From Puccinia triticina (Eukaryota): a stretch of 64,000 nt of DNA. Below, piece by piece: positions 34,663 to 47,435 of the stretch. Position 1 is the first letter of the stretch; every line of letters starts with the position of its first letter. The stretch lies in assembly GCA_026914245.1 (NCBI GenBank), contig CP110439.1, positions 7,812,001-7,876,000 of the forward strand, given 5' to 3'. The position numbers and the translations under genes were made by a program. Under the pieces are notes generated by a model, which searched no databases, was not told the DNA's origin, and saw only the letters and a program-made list of their open reading frames with translations.

Positions 34663-37239
34663 AGTAGATGTGATAATGTGACTCCCCCACCGTCCCTTCC
34701 CCTGCCATACCGCTCGCGAGTCGAAAGCCCCCTCCCAAAATGACCTAAGCCCCTCCTGGGCACTTCGCGCCTGCCTCTGAAGGAGGGACTTCTGAATCAG
34801 TGGACTTTTTCAGATTTTCCAGAGAAAATCCCAAGTCTGCAATAAATTTTGCAAAACAATAGCTATTGTGGCACCGCAACAAACATGATGAAGGTCTACA
34901 CTTGGCCTACAACCTCACAAAATTTTGGGGCTGTACCACCCCTCCTTCAACAAAAAATCAGTATCAGAAGTTGACCTGTGAGACACTCCACCAGGTACCC
35001 TGAAACAGTGAAGTGAATACAGTTCCTTTGAGGCAAAAAAGTGACACATTGGTCTTCTTTTTTTTCATAGCTCTGACAGGTGTATGTACAAAGGATGAAA
35101 AGTAGATGCAATTTTGCTTTTTTTGATGACACGGACATCAAATGGATTGTAATCTGTGAGACAATGCCCCTAGGGATCTGCGTCTTACCCATTATGAGGC
35201 CTTCTTGCTAGCTGATTCCTTGACCATTAAGGTGGGGTGATATATATAAAAACAAATACTGATAGATTTGCAGGCCTTTTGACTGTTCATGTACATTGAG
35301 CAAACCTGTCATGCCAAAAAAATAAAAATTGTTAGGCCCTCATTTGGAGGGGGGCGCTTTGCGCCCAGGAGGGACTTGGTTAAGTCCAGCCCCCTCTGAC
35401 CAAAAAACCTTGCCCCTGCGCAGGTGGCACTTGTGCAGAGCAACTGGAAAGTGTCAATGGCAATCCGTGCTGCACCTGCTCTGGATGCTTCTCCCTGGCG
35501 CCCTCCTCCCGGCCACATTGATCAAACTCCAGATGGACTGGGTCACACAATCAGACAGCGGGGCTCATGGACAGAGATTGCTTGGATATGGAGGAGTATG
35601 AAGTGATTAGATGAATCATAATCAAATTTTCATTAGATTCTTTAATCATTTTTGCTATATATTGATCAGTCTAACAGAAACATTTCAGATTAAGACTTGT
35701 GCAATCCATTTCTTTTTGCATGAAATTGATTTGAATGAGAAATTTGGTTTTTTTGCATGCATGGGATGCAATGGAGTTTGTGTTCCTTAGCAGGGAATGG
35801 GGGATAGTTCACAACAGTCTACTTAGCCAGTTTTAAAATCATTTTTGCCTATCTAATATGGCTAGCCTGTGAAGGGAAAGGGTGATTGAAAGTGGTGGGA
35901 TGGCCATTGAATTTGCAGCGTGGCCTCTAGTCCTTTTATAAATGTAAGGTCCCGTTCAACTTACTCCTTTGGTTAGCTCCCTCCTCTTACAACTACGTCT
36001 GCTAACTGATCTTTTGTTTCATCCTGTGTTTATAAATCCATAGATGATCTAACTGATAAGGAACAAAAGACAGAATGTGGCTGCCTCTGGAAAAAGCTCA
36101 ATCAGGCTACAAAAAACAAATACAAAGACATCAATTTCTTGGCAACATTACCCAATCCGTTTGGACATGGCGATTTTGGTGGACCGGACGGTGGGACTTT
36201 GGAAGCATCCCGTGAAAAAAACAAAAATGATCAATTTTTCCGGCAGGCCAAGACTGAGTCGTGGACCCAAAGCACCATACTTGATGTAAGTATTTCCTTG
36301 ACTACTATTTTGTTAAATTTCATTGAAATAGCACTCACTGAAACTTATGATTTAGTTGAAGAACCTCGAGGCCGCACATGAGGTGGAAGGATTCCTTGTG
36401 GTGTACAAGCCCAAGGACACAGGAGGCGAAGTCATAAGTGGCGGCAGCTTCTTGGGCGAGCAGTTTGTGGACCTGTTTTCACAGGATAAAAAGAAAGACA
36501 TCGAGGCGAACTTCCTATTGTTTGCAAGCGGTCAAGAGGTAATTAAGAGAGCTACTGGAAAACTTACCCCAGTTACCAAGCCCAGGAAGAATCGGACACG
36601 CAAAGCCGGGCCCTTGAAAACTCCCTGGAATTATGCTAAGCCATCTATCCCTGATTATTTTGTGTCCAATTTCACTGATTGGTATAATTATCTTGAATGT
36701 TACAGGCAGTAAAGTAGCCAACTAAAAAACTGCAAAAGAGAAATTAAATGTTGCAATATGTAAGTTGTCTCTCACCATCAAAGTCACCAGCTCAGTTTGA
36801 TTCTTACTTACTGATTTGGACTTTTATTCAGCCAAAGTCACCCGTGGTTTGCAGAACCACTGGCCAGGAAAAAAAACAGCCCCAACCTTGAAGAAGCTTG
36901 GGGTCACTTTGCGCATCAAGAACAATTACCACAGCATTAGCGTCAACAACTTTGCTGTCAAACCCGGGGCCATGTGAAACAAGCAACTGCAAAATATCCT
37001 ACGGGCTTTTCACAAGGACATGGTTGTCCTCACTGGGCCGCCCGCTCCTGATGCTCCCAAAACAATAGGCGCTGATCCTGACAAGACCGCCACCAAACCT
37101 ACACAATCTAACAAAAAAAACCCAAACAAGACCATGATAGAAAAACCAACAACCAGAGGGCAATCAGAAAAGAAAAAGCAACCGGCTTCTAGAGCTGAAC
37201 AAGAAGAAAGGGAAAAAAGTATACATTTCAGACAAGGAT

Positions 37240-37390
37240 GAAGAAGAAGAAGATTAAGAGGAGGAGGAGGACAAGGATGATAATGATGATGACAACAACA
37301 ACAACGGCAACAGCAATGGCAACGGAAACGGCAACAGCAACGGCAACAGCAACAACAACGACAACAACAACGGCAGCAACAATGATGATG
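37240..37390. repeat. Compound trinucleotide microsatellite (GAA/GGA/GAT/CAA)
   Basis: Visible directly; probably low-complexity end of a decayed hypothetical gene at ~36000-37400. Confidence 0.7.
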
Positions 37391-38479
37391 AGAGATTTAA
37401 GGGAGGAATGATACAATGTACAATACACATCTCTTCTTCCTCTTGCTTTTTTTCTTGTTTTTTTTTGCTGTAGTTCATCTCACTTATCCTGGTAGTCTTG
37501 CTTCCTTTCTCAGTTTCTCTCCTCTCACATAACAAGCCCAAACTTTTTTATCTTATCTTGCTTGAAATATAAATGTATACATATACACGCGCATGTATTA
37601 AAAGAAACACCTGAGTGAAGCAAGCAAATAACTATGTATTACATATAAGAAACACCCCAGCTGGGTGTTGAAATGCTGGCGTATGTGGTTCTCGACAGAC
37701 TGAGCCGGGCCCAGTTTGAGGACATGGTGTGGTTTTGGCACCGGTGGTGTGGTTCTGGTACTGGTGGTGTGGTTTTGGCACCGGTGGTGTGTTTCTGGTA
37801 CTGGTGGCGGTGGAACCAGTGGTTTGGTTTTGGCACGGGTGGGTTTTAGTTGGGGTGAGTTTTATGTGGGGTGTGATTTACATATGGGTGTTACATGTAG
37901 TTTGTTGTGTTGTAAGAGTCTGTTATGTAGCTGTGCTGGTGCGGGTGATGAGGCAAGCGGGGGGAAGGGAAGAGTGGGGGACTTTGCAATAATTTGGAGG
38001 CCAAAAAGCTGGACCTCGTGGCGAGGCTGGAGCCACGGGAAATTCAATAATTTTAGGCGGAGAGTGACCCCTCTACGTACCATGCAAAGTGCTTGCCATG
38101 CTATGTATAGTATACTGTGGAGTCGTGGCCATTGGTGTCAGTGACACATTTTTGCTTCATATTAGTTCCTCCTTCTATGGTGGCTTATACAGGCAATTTG
38201 TGATGGAAGCACTGCAAGAAAAACTCTAGAAACTGCTTGCAGTTGAGATGCAGCAAGCTTGAATCAAGCCTCAGCTCAAGCTGGAGTCAAGCACCCAAAT
38301 TCTGTGCTGGTGAACCTTGAGTGTGTACCTTGTTCAGCATCTCAATGCTGAACATGCTGTAGTGCTCATGCAGTAGGCTGAGGCAAATGTTCAACCTTGA
38401 AAATGAGCATCCCTCTGAGAACCCTTTATTTGCTTTTAGTAAAAACTCCATGTGCCATTGAATCCAGCCAGAATAACAT

Positions 38480-38870
38480 TAAAAGGGCTTGTACATGTGA
38501 AAGGGATATGTACATATGAAAGGAATATGTATGCATGAAAGGGGAATGTGAGAAGGTGTATTAACACGTAAAGGGGATATGTCCACATGATGAAAGGGGT
38601 ATGTTCAGTAAGGGGTATTTGCACATGAAAGGGACATGTAAACATCAAAGGGGTATGTAAATGTGAATGATGAAAGGGGTATTGAAAGGGATGTATAAAA
38701 ACTCAAAGGGGACATATTGTAAACATGAAAGGGTCATGAACACATGATTAAAGGGGTATGTACACATTGTGAAAGGGATACATGCACATGAAAGGGGTAT
38801 GTACACATTATGAAAGGGGTGAATGCATACAAAAGGGATATGTGCACATGAAATGAAAGGGGGATTTGCA
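38480..38870. repeat. Degenerate ~19-22-bp tandem repeat
   Basis: Recurrent TGAAAGGGGTATGTACACA-like units. Confidence 0.75.
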
Positions 38871-40306
38871 CAGGTATCAGCTCAGTATTTAGGAGCCTAT
38901 ACTCAGTTTTTTGTACCTTAGACTCAATCTTTCAAAGATTATCCAATGTGCACAGAATCAACCAATGCTTGATCCTTGCATGAGGGACAGCTTGCCTTGA
39001 GCTCTTGCATCTCAACTGCAAGCAGTTTCCAGAGTTTTCCTTGCAGTGAAGGAGGAACAAAGCAGAATATGGCTAAAATGGAATCTCCATGCCTGGTTTG
39101 TTGGTTTTGTTGTTCTGTCTATTTTGACAATGGGTTGCACTCATCTCTAACAGAGAATCAACAAATTCCTGTTGTTTTTGGCCAGCATTTGCCCCTTCCC
39201 AGGTACCAATGTGAGCCTGAAGCTCTGGAGCTGGGTGGGGGCACGATGCTAGAAATCCAAGGCAAACATTCCCTCTTTTTATACCCGTTTGATGACCATT
39301 GCCCGGTCCACTGTTGTGAAGACTCTGCTTCCGCAGATGGAAGTCTTCTGATCCGCTGCTACTTAAGGTAACAGGCTCAGCCGTTTCCGACCGCTCTTGG
39401 TATCTTTTTCTAATTATTCGCCGCTCTCGGCCCCACCCTTATGTATAACCTTTCGCGGTCACCCTTGTTTTTGGATCCTGTTCATCCTACCTTGTCTGTA
39501 TATTAGATTCCCTCATCCGCGATCGGACTCCTCCAAGTCCGGCCATCCCTGATGAATCTTTTGTATTGGGACGAGCTCATCCAGTGAGACTCGCGGACCG
39601 GAAGGGACCCCGGTCCAGCTTCTGATCCGGTCAGACAAGGCGTTGATGACATACGCAAACAATTTTGTGATGTGTGTATAATAACATCCTGAACAAGGAG
39701 AGCCACGGGCTTTTCTAAGCGCGGCAGGGTCTGGGGCACACGCTGCAGGGCGCGATCCCGTCGCCGCGGCGCCAATCAACAAAACTCAAGCCAACGGTGG
39801 CCTCCTTCTGCCCTGCGCTGGTGATGGAGCGGAACACGTCGGTGCCAACGGTGGAGCGGGTCAAGGCAGGCGAGCAGATGTGGGGCTTGATGATTGCCAA
39901 TCTCCCCAAAATGGTCACCAACACCGACTTTGCCAACCGCAGGGTCCGTGAAACGTGATGGCTCGAGCTGAGGAACGTTCTTGAGATCATGGCGGGCAAG
40001 GGGCAGGATAAGCTCTGTGGGATTCATTGTAACCATTCCCACATACTCTCACTCTGATCCTCCACTACCCTTTTAACAGGATATTGCGCTACAAATTTTG
40101 GCAGCAGAGTAAGCCTTTCAGGCTATTTTGATCTACATGAGGAAGTTTATTTCTTCATTTTTCAATTGACACATAGTCTCTATGGTGTTACAGCAAATTC
40201 ATTGATTTAGATTGGAATGATGCTGCAAGCCATGGCCCTGGGGCAGTTAGCAAGCAGTTCTGCAAGAGGTCCTGGACAAAATGGAACTTCCAAAATTTCC
40301 TGAAAA

Positions 40307-40660
40307 TTGCCTCTCATTGAAGATTTCAATATGCTTGTAGTGCTCAATCAAAATCTTGGCCTAGCCAACCGCCTTGCCAATGGGACAAAACTCCTAATCC
40401 AAGATATCCAGCCACAGGTCCTCAATCTTCAGATTTTAAGAGGTCCCACAGCGGGGGCATTTCCCAGGTTAGAAGTCATCCAAGAACCTAATCTCAAATT
40501 TGGCTTTGCTTTATCCCATTCCTGTATCCAAATTCAAATCATAAGGGCTTTTGCTGTGACTGGAAACAAGGGTCAAGGTGAATCCTGAGGGACTGTCAGA
40601 GTATTTTTTTCCAAGGCCTGTCTTTGCTCATGTGCAGCCATATGTTGTGCATCTTGCAGT
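40307..40660 (+). pseudogene. Helitron PIF1-type helicase C-terminal fragment
   Basis: NL..ANRLANGTKL, AFAVTGNKGQGES (motif AFAMTINKSQGQ), PRPVFAHVQPY; frameshifted. Confidence 0.65.
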
Positions 40661-40723
40661 ATTCACTCTTAGAAAATTAAAATCACCATACATAGCTCCT
40701 TTTTTCATGGAATTGTGCTGTTA

Positions 40724-40884
40724 CGCCCCGTTTGGACGCAGCGTTATACATCATAAGTGGGTGAATTTATGACGCGCAACCCCGGGGGTTCCAAAATTTT
40801 AGTGGCAACAGGAGCAAACTTTGGGACGCGCATCATAAATTTGCCCTGTTTATGACATATATAATGGTGCGTCCAAACGGGGCC
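40724..40884. mobile_element. Tourist/PIF-like MITE (161 bp)
   Basis: TIR GCCCCGTTTGGACGCA; TTA on both flanks. Confidence 0.7.
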
Positions 40885-41445
40885 TTAAATTGAGATGGAA
40901 CTTGGAGTAATCTACAGTTTTCAGAATTTCAGTTATAGGGTGCTGCTGCCTGCATGTTCAGTTTTCACCGTGCTTGACAGATTTCACAGGTGACCACTTC
41001 TTTTTTGGGTGCTGGTTCAATTGTTCTGTTGTTTTTGCCATTGGAGATTTTTTGATGGATCTCTTTTGGCAAATCTCAAAAGCTGAGACTTGTTTCATGT
41101 GGCGCAGCCACAATTTCCCTAGTCATGAATGGCCAGATATGCCTGGCCAGCAGGCGCCGTCCTGGCCGCATGGGCAGGTGAGTTGGCCATTTTGAGACAA
41201 ATTCACCATAATTTCAGGAATTCTGTCCAGATTGTCGCTCCAGAGCCTCCATACAACAGTCATGTCCGAAGATAATACAGTTCAGAAGATCTCAGAATGG
41301 TATCACACAAGATTGGGTGAAACTGTTAGCTTGGTAGCACTTGCAAGGAAAGAAAAGGTACTCACAGCCATGTTTTGAGCTTCCTCGTGTCCGCGACCAC
41401 ATTTGAAGACATTCCACGATTCACAATCCACCAGTGACAATCCTG

Positions 41446-42654
41446 ATGGCCAACCGGTTTGCAATGTTTACCCAGTTATTTCATCTCCTAGTATTTGGGA
41501 CGTATGTGAGTCTAATATATATCTAGTCGACAATTGGAGTTCCGGTAGAGTATGAGTGCACATCACCAAGCGTTTCATATGTTCTTGATCAAATATAGCT
41601 CTTCGACCGACGCGCCGTTGCTGCGATGGAGATCCGGCCTGGGGAAACAGCGACTCGGCTGAACTTTGGAGGAGAGCATCGGATGACTGAAATGGCTGGT
41701 TTTTCATCGGCCACAAGACACCATCGTACGAGCAATGACGAAGAGTCGGCTGCCACGAAGTCACACAGCTGCGTCCCATCAGCTTCAGCACACCACTCTA
41801 CTCGTGGACGTTTTGCTTCACACTCCAGTCATCAAGCTCCTCCAGTAAGTAAAAAAGTTCTCATTTCTCATTTCCCAAAGCACTAGCAGATTAAATTTCC
41901 CAGTGATTTGTCAAACGCTGACGACCATCCACACGTGCTTTGCTTTCAGGCAGAAGAAGTCGAGTTCAATTCTCCTCCTCAGTTGACTCCGATCTCAACA
42001 GACGACCCGCAAGATATAAGAACGCAGACTAAGCCGGGGGAAGTCGATCCAGAAGAATGTGTGATTTGCTCAGAAGTAAAGAATCGTGAAGACCAGGGAA
42101 ATGTGTTGTCCACTTGCGGAGCATGCAATAACACTTTCCACTTGAAATGTATTGAAACATGGTTGAATAAATCGAGCAAAACCTGTCCGACGTGTAGGGG
42201 CGCCCGTTCTAATATGCATCCATTGTCAGACTCAGAGGTTCATATTGAAAAAGCTGGTGCTGTCGACCACGACGCAGGAACTTCCAGCAGGCAATCGGTC
42301 ACAGGAATCTTTTCTGGTCCTCATCAACACACGGTTGATGAAGAAGATGATTCTGACAATTATTCTACTGAATTGGCTGAAATTTCAAGAGAGGATTCGC
42401 GACAGATACGAAGGCCGGGGTGGGGCGAACACTATCCAGAAGACTGTGGAATTTGCTTCGTCAGATATCACTCGGAAGATTTAACGGGAAACGAAATGTC
42501 ACATTGGCCAAGATGCCGCCACGCTTTCCACTTACAATGTATTTACAACAGGCGGGCAGAAGGTCATAACACCTGTCCAACATGTGGGCGCCCGGCTGCT
42601 GTCAGGCGGTCGTTATTAGGCAGATTTTTCAATCGTATTAAAAGAAATGTTTGA
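41446..42654 (+). CDS. Double RING-finger protein, paralog 1 (3 exons; exon 1 shifted relative to paralog 2)
   Basis: Exons ~41446-41502/41506, 41599-41844, 41950-42654; CVIC..C...H..C..W..CPTC and CGIC..CRHAFH..C..CPTC. Confidence 0.7.
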
Positions 42655-44090
42655 GTTTATTTTGAACTTGTTTTAAGACACGAAATCAGCAGGAAATTTA
42701 CTCAATAAAAAATTTACAAAGCTATACAAAAGTGGTCCAAAAACTGGGCCAATTATTTACGGGTTTACTTCGCGCACGGAGGAAAACTCGTTGCGCACGG
42801 GAATTTCCGTGGATACGAGCTGCCCCCGAAAAACACTTTGCACACGGGGTCCCCCGTAGCGATAATCACCCGGAATAAGGCCGGTGACTCGGAACCAAAC
42901 CGGCTTCCAATCAAAAGCAATTCGCAAGGAACCAAATTTCCATCGGTTTCGATGCCGATGGGAATTCGGTCGTGAACCGAGCTGGTTGGGAATCCGAAAG
43001 GTACGTATTCGGAATTGCTTCCAGTAATTCTCCAGATAGCTTTCTGGAGAATCGCCGACCGTCAAGCGACGGTCAGGCCTTGGAGGCAGGCAAACCAAAA
43101 TCATTATGGTTGCCAATCGGAAGCATTTCGACGTGAAGCACCCGTGGTTTTCCATGCAAATGCCTTCCCTAGTACAAGAGATGGGTGTCCAATTTGGCAA
43201 ATGGCATGGTGGCCAAGTTGCTGACAGGGTGTGTCAAGTAAAATGGGCTGGTGCTCTGTAAACCATCACATGTTACCATGAAAACATTGATGGCTTGGCA
43301 GGTGGTGTGAAGCTAACTATTCCAACTACTAGACACTTAGTGCAAAGTGGGGGAACTCCCTAATGGTAACAAACAGGCCATCATGATTCAAGGGGAGTAC
43401 GGTCAGAATATGTACCAGTGGAGTTTCAAAAGATCTTAGTGAATGTCATCTGACATCTATTCACTTCAATGGAGGACTTCCTATCAAATCTGCAGCCCCT
43501 GCAGATCCTGTTGATTACAGCCACAAAATCTGCGGGGAAATGTCTTGGAGACTGCAGATTGGGTCCTGCATGTAGATTTCAACAAGTCCTGCAATTTTTT
43601 CGTGGTCAGCTGGCTGCTTTGTCAATCCATTTGTCCAATTTGACCCTGTTGATCACTATCATGTCACAGAATAGTTCATTTTGGCAAATCTTTGGGCTCT
43701 GCAGGGCTTCCAAAATCCACTCGGGCACATTCAAAGTCATCGAAAGGGAGACCCAGGTGGCTAGCTTAACGTGCCTTTTCTTTTGCCACTCTGTGGACAA
43801 ATTCAAGTTGGATTGGGGAGCCCTTCGAAAGAGACCTCAAGAAGAGTCGCGTCAAACATGTCGGATGATGATGAACTATCTCTGAACAGCTTATAATGTA
43901 GATCAAGACTTCAGAATGGCATCACACATATAGGCGAGTGAAACTATGGACTAACTTGAAAGCTATTCCGAGGAAAGAAAAATTATCGGAAGCGTGTTAA
44001 AAGCCATGTTTTGAGTCTCCTCTTATCCGGCCCCAGATTTGAAGCATGTGCGACGATCACAATCCATCAGTGAAGCGATCAGTAGACCCG

Positions 44091-45972
44091 ATGTCCAACC
44101 TCTTCGCGACCAAGTTGTTTGTCCTGCTAGTATTTGTGACATGTGTAAGTCTAATATTATATATCTAGTTGACACCATTGGGGCTCTGGTAAACCTCAGC
44201 AAGCTCTCTGCGTGCTTTTGATCACTAACAGCTCGTGGACCGACGCGCTGTCGCTGCGATGGAGGTCTTGCGTGAAGAACCAGCGATTCGGCTGGAGCAT
44301 GGAGGAGAGAATCGGATGACTGAAATGGCTGGGTTTCCATCGGCCACAAGACACCATCGGACGAGCAATGACGAAGAGTCGGCAGCCATGAAGCCAAACA
44401 GTTGCGTCCTATCAGCTTCGGCACACCACTCTACTCGTGGACAGTTCGCTTCCCACTCCAGTCATCAAGCTCCTCAAGTAAGCAAATAAGTTCTTTTCCC
44501 AAAGCACTGACAGACAGAGTGATTTGACAAATGCTGACGACCATCCACTTGTGCTCTGATCTCAGGCGGAGGAGGTGGAGTTGCAGAGCATAGTGGTTGA
44601 TGGCAGCCCAGCGGAAAGAGAGCACGGCGGCCGAACCTCAAGTTCGAGCTCCTCCTCGGTCTCGGAAATCAATTATAGCCATACTCCTTCCCGAAACAGG
44701 TTTGATGACGAGGGTTATTCCGACTACCACTCTCCTCCCGACTTGGCCGAAATTTCAAGAGACAATCCGCGACAGATAGCAAGGCCGGGTTGGGGCGAGA
44801 GCGATCCAGAAGTCTGTGCGATCTGCGCAAAAGGATCTGTCGAGGATTACGATAGTCCGGCAGAGTGGATTTCGGACTGCCCAAGATGCGAGTGCCAGCA
44901 CACGTTCCACCTAAATTGTCTTGCAAAAAGCTGGTCATTAGGGCGTGATCCGCCCTGTCCGTCGTGTGGGGGCCCGCTTACTGGTTTGTCATTCTCGGGG
45001 CATCAAGTCGGAGGAACTGAAGATGCTGCTCAAAACATAGACCACGACGGAGCAAGTTCGAGCTGGCACTCGCTCTCAGAAATCGCCTCTCCTCATCATC
45101 AACACACCGAAGATCATTTTACCGATTTTCCTCCTCGTTCGGCGGAAATTTCAAGAGCGAATCCGCGACAAATAGCAAGGCCGGGTTGGGGCGAACCGGA
45201 TCTAACCGACTGCATAATTTGCTCGGAAGGATTTGTGGAGAATGCTAGTAATCCGGTCGATTGGATTTCATCTTGCTCGACATGCCGCGTCGCCTTCCAC
45301 CTAGTTTGTTCAATTGCACGATGGTCGCTATCAGGGTTTCAATTCGCCTGTCCGGTGTGTAGCAGACTGCTTGACGGTCCGTCATTGTCAGGCCACACGT
45401 TTGAAGAAGTTGAAGAATCTTTAATTCACACCAGTGACAGAGAGCGCGCAGGGTCCAGTTGGAGCAGCCCGCTCTCAGACGCCGATTCTCATCCTCATCA
45501 AGACAGGTTTGATGGCGAGGATGATTCTGACGATTCTGCGACTCAATCGACGGCTCGAGCTTTAGCCGAGAATTCGCAACACATAGGAACGCAGACTGGG
45601 GACGAAGTGAATGCTGATCACGGACAATGTCCGATTTGCTTGGAAAGAATTGTCGAGCATCGTGAAGATTCAACGTTCTTTTGGGCAAGATGCGCACACG
45701 CTTATCACGAAACATGTATTGTTCAATTCATGAATGAAGGAAGGACCAACTGTCCGATGTGTCGGCGTACGCTTTCTGGTAGGGAGATGTTAGTGTCCGA
45801 GCATGCAGATGAAGAAGTTCAGGAGCTTGTTCACAACCGCCGCTTCGAATGTTGCTTCCACTGTCTCTTTGGCAACCCACCTCGTCACCTCTCAGCCAGC
45901 TCGATTTCCCTCTGGCTCCTGTTTTTCTTCTGCGTGGGCGTACTCATACAGACACTCATCAAGGAAACTTGA
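44091..45972 (+). CDS. Signal-peptide, triple RING-finger protein with C-terminal hydrophobic helix, paralog 2 (~568 aa)
   Basis: Exons 44091-44144, 44232-44477, 44566-45972 all phase 0; MSNLFATKLFVLLVFVTCLVDRRAVAA; three RING-H2-like motifs; SISLWLLFFFCVGVLIQTLI. Confidence 0.8.
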
Positions 45973-47435
45973 CCCTTAGCCAAAACCTCTGATGACGCAT
46001 GTATATTGTGGCGGGCTAACAACAAGCCTTGAGTTTTGAGAAGTTGTGCTAGAGGTTCCTAATTTGTCAACCTTTTTTTTTCTTCTTTTGGTTCTTTGAG
46101 TTTTTGTAAGAAGCCACGACTCTTTATAACATGTAAATACATAAAACAGCTGGAATGACTGGCACAAAAGCTCCTTGGTGGGACAAAACCATTGAAAACA
46201 AACCACTCCCTCCTCCCAAGCCACGAGACGCTATTCAAGAAATGAGAATACCTTGTGTGAAAAGACAAAAAAAAGGGTGCACAAGAAAACTAGGAAGACC
46301 AACATGAACCAGGGCTGATCCATTCACCATGTTGCTGTATGTGATCAGGGTGATGCTTGCTCAATCCCAGCTCAAGGTAGTGTTGCTGGAGGAGACAATT
46401 CAGCACACAAAGCCCCAGGACAAGACAGTCCAAGGCCTGTGAGGAGAGGCGGAGCACTCTACTAACTCCCACCGTAATTTGGGAGGGGCCATGCAAATCC
46501 GGCAAGTGTTTACCACTCCAGCCGGCAAGTGAAAGTTAGCGGAGCTCTCCAGACCTGGTCCACAACAAACAACCTTGGCATTGCCAAGAAGACACCATGG
46601 GAGTTTGCGTGGCACTTGTGTGCAAGTGCCATTGCACAATATTGTTTAAGAAACCTGTTAGATATAACCTGGAACTTGAGCCTCAATGTATGCTGAATTC
46701 ATGATGAATTTACATTTAACTTGTGCTCAATTGAGCTGAAGGCACTTTGGAAAGCATACATTTTACACATACATTAGGGGGTTTCAAACCACCTCCAGGA
46801 AGTCGTCCAGGTCGGACTTTCCAGGAAAAAATCACGACCTGGAATATCTCCTGTGGACCTGGATTCCTGACCGGAAAGACCCTCCAGGAGCTCCAGGAAA
46901 TCAGGAAAAAGACGGTGCAAAACAAGTAACCCAACCATCTTTTTTAACCTCCCCAAGCAGAACTGAATCCCCTGGGAGTCCCTCCTGAGTAACTCCGCCA
47001 TGCGGAAAAAAAAATACATCCTTTCCACATCATCCCCAGTACCATCCCTTCCAACAACTCAACCACAGCCCCTTCCGTCGACGCCTCGCAGGCTAAACAA
47101 AAGAAAGGCCCCATCGCCTGGGACAAGGACGGCGATGGAGACATGACTAGCATTTGGATTGTGCTTGACTGGCTTGCAGTCAACGGGAACTTCAAGCGCT
47201 GGCGCAGGGACACTCAATTGGGTTCAACCAAATCCGCATTGGCTAACAAGATCCTTGCCATCATGGCATCGTCAGGCATCCACCATTGAGACAACAAGGG
47301 GGTCCAAACGAAGATCCAAGAGCTTCAAGGTTCCCACGCAAGGGCAAGTGATTTTCTTCGCAGCAGCGGGTCCGGTCTTTAGGACGATGATATTGCAAAT
47401 GGCACCAGAAATCTTCCAAGTTAGCTCGTTTTACC

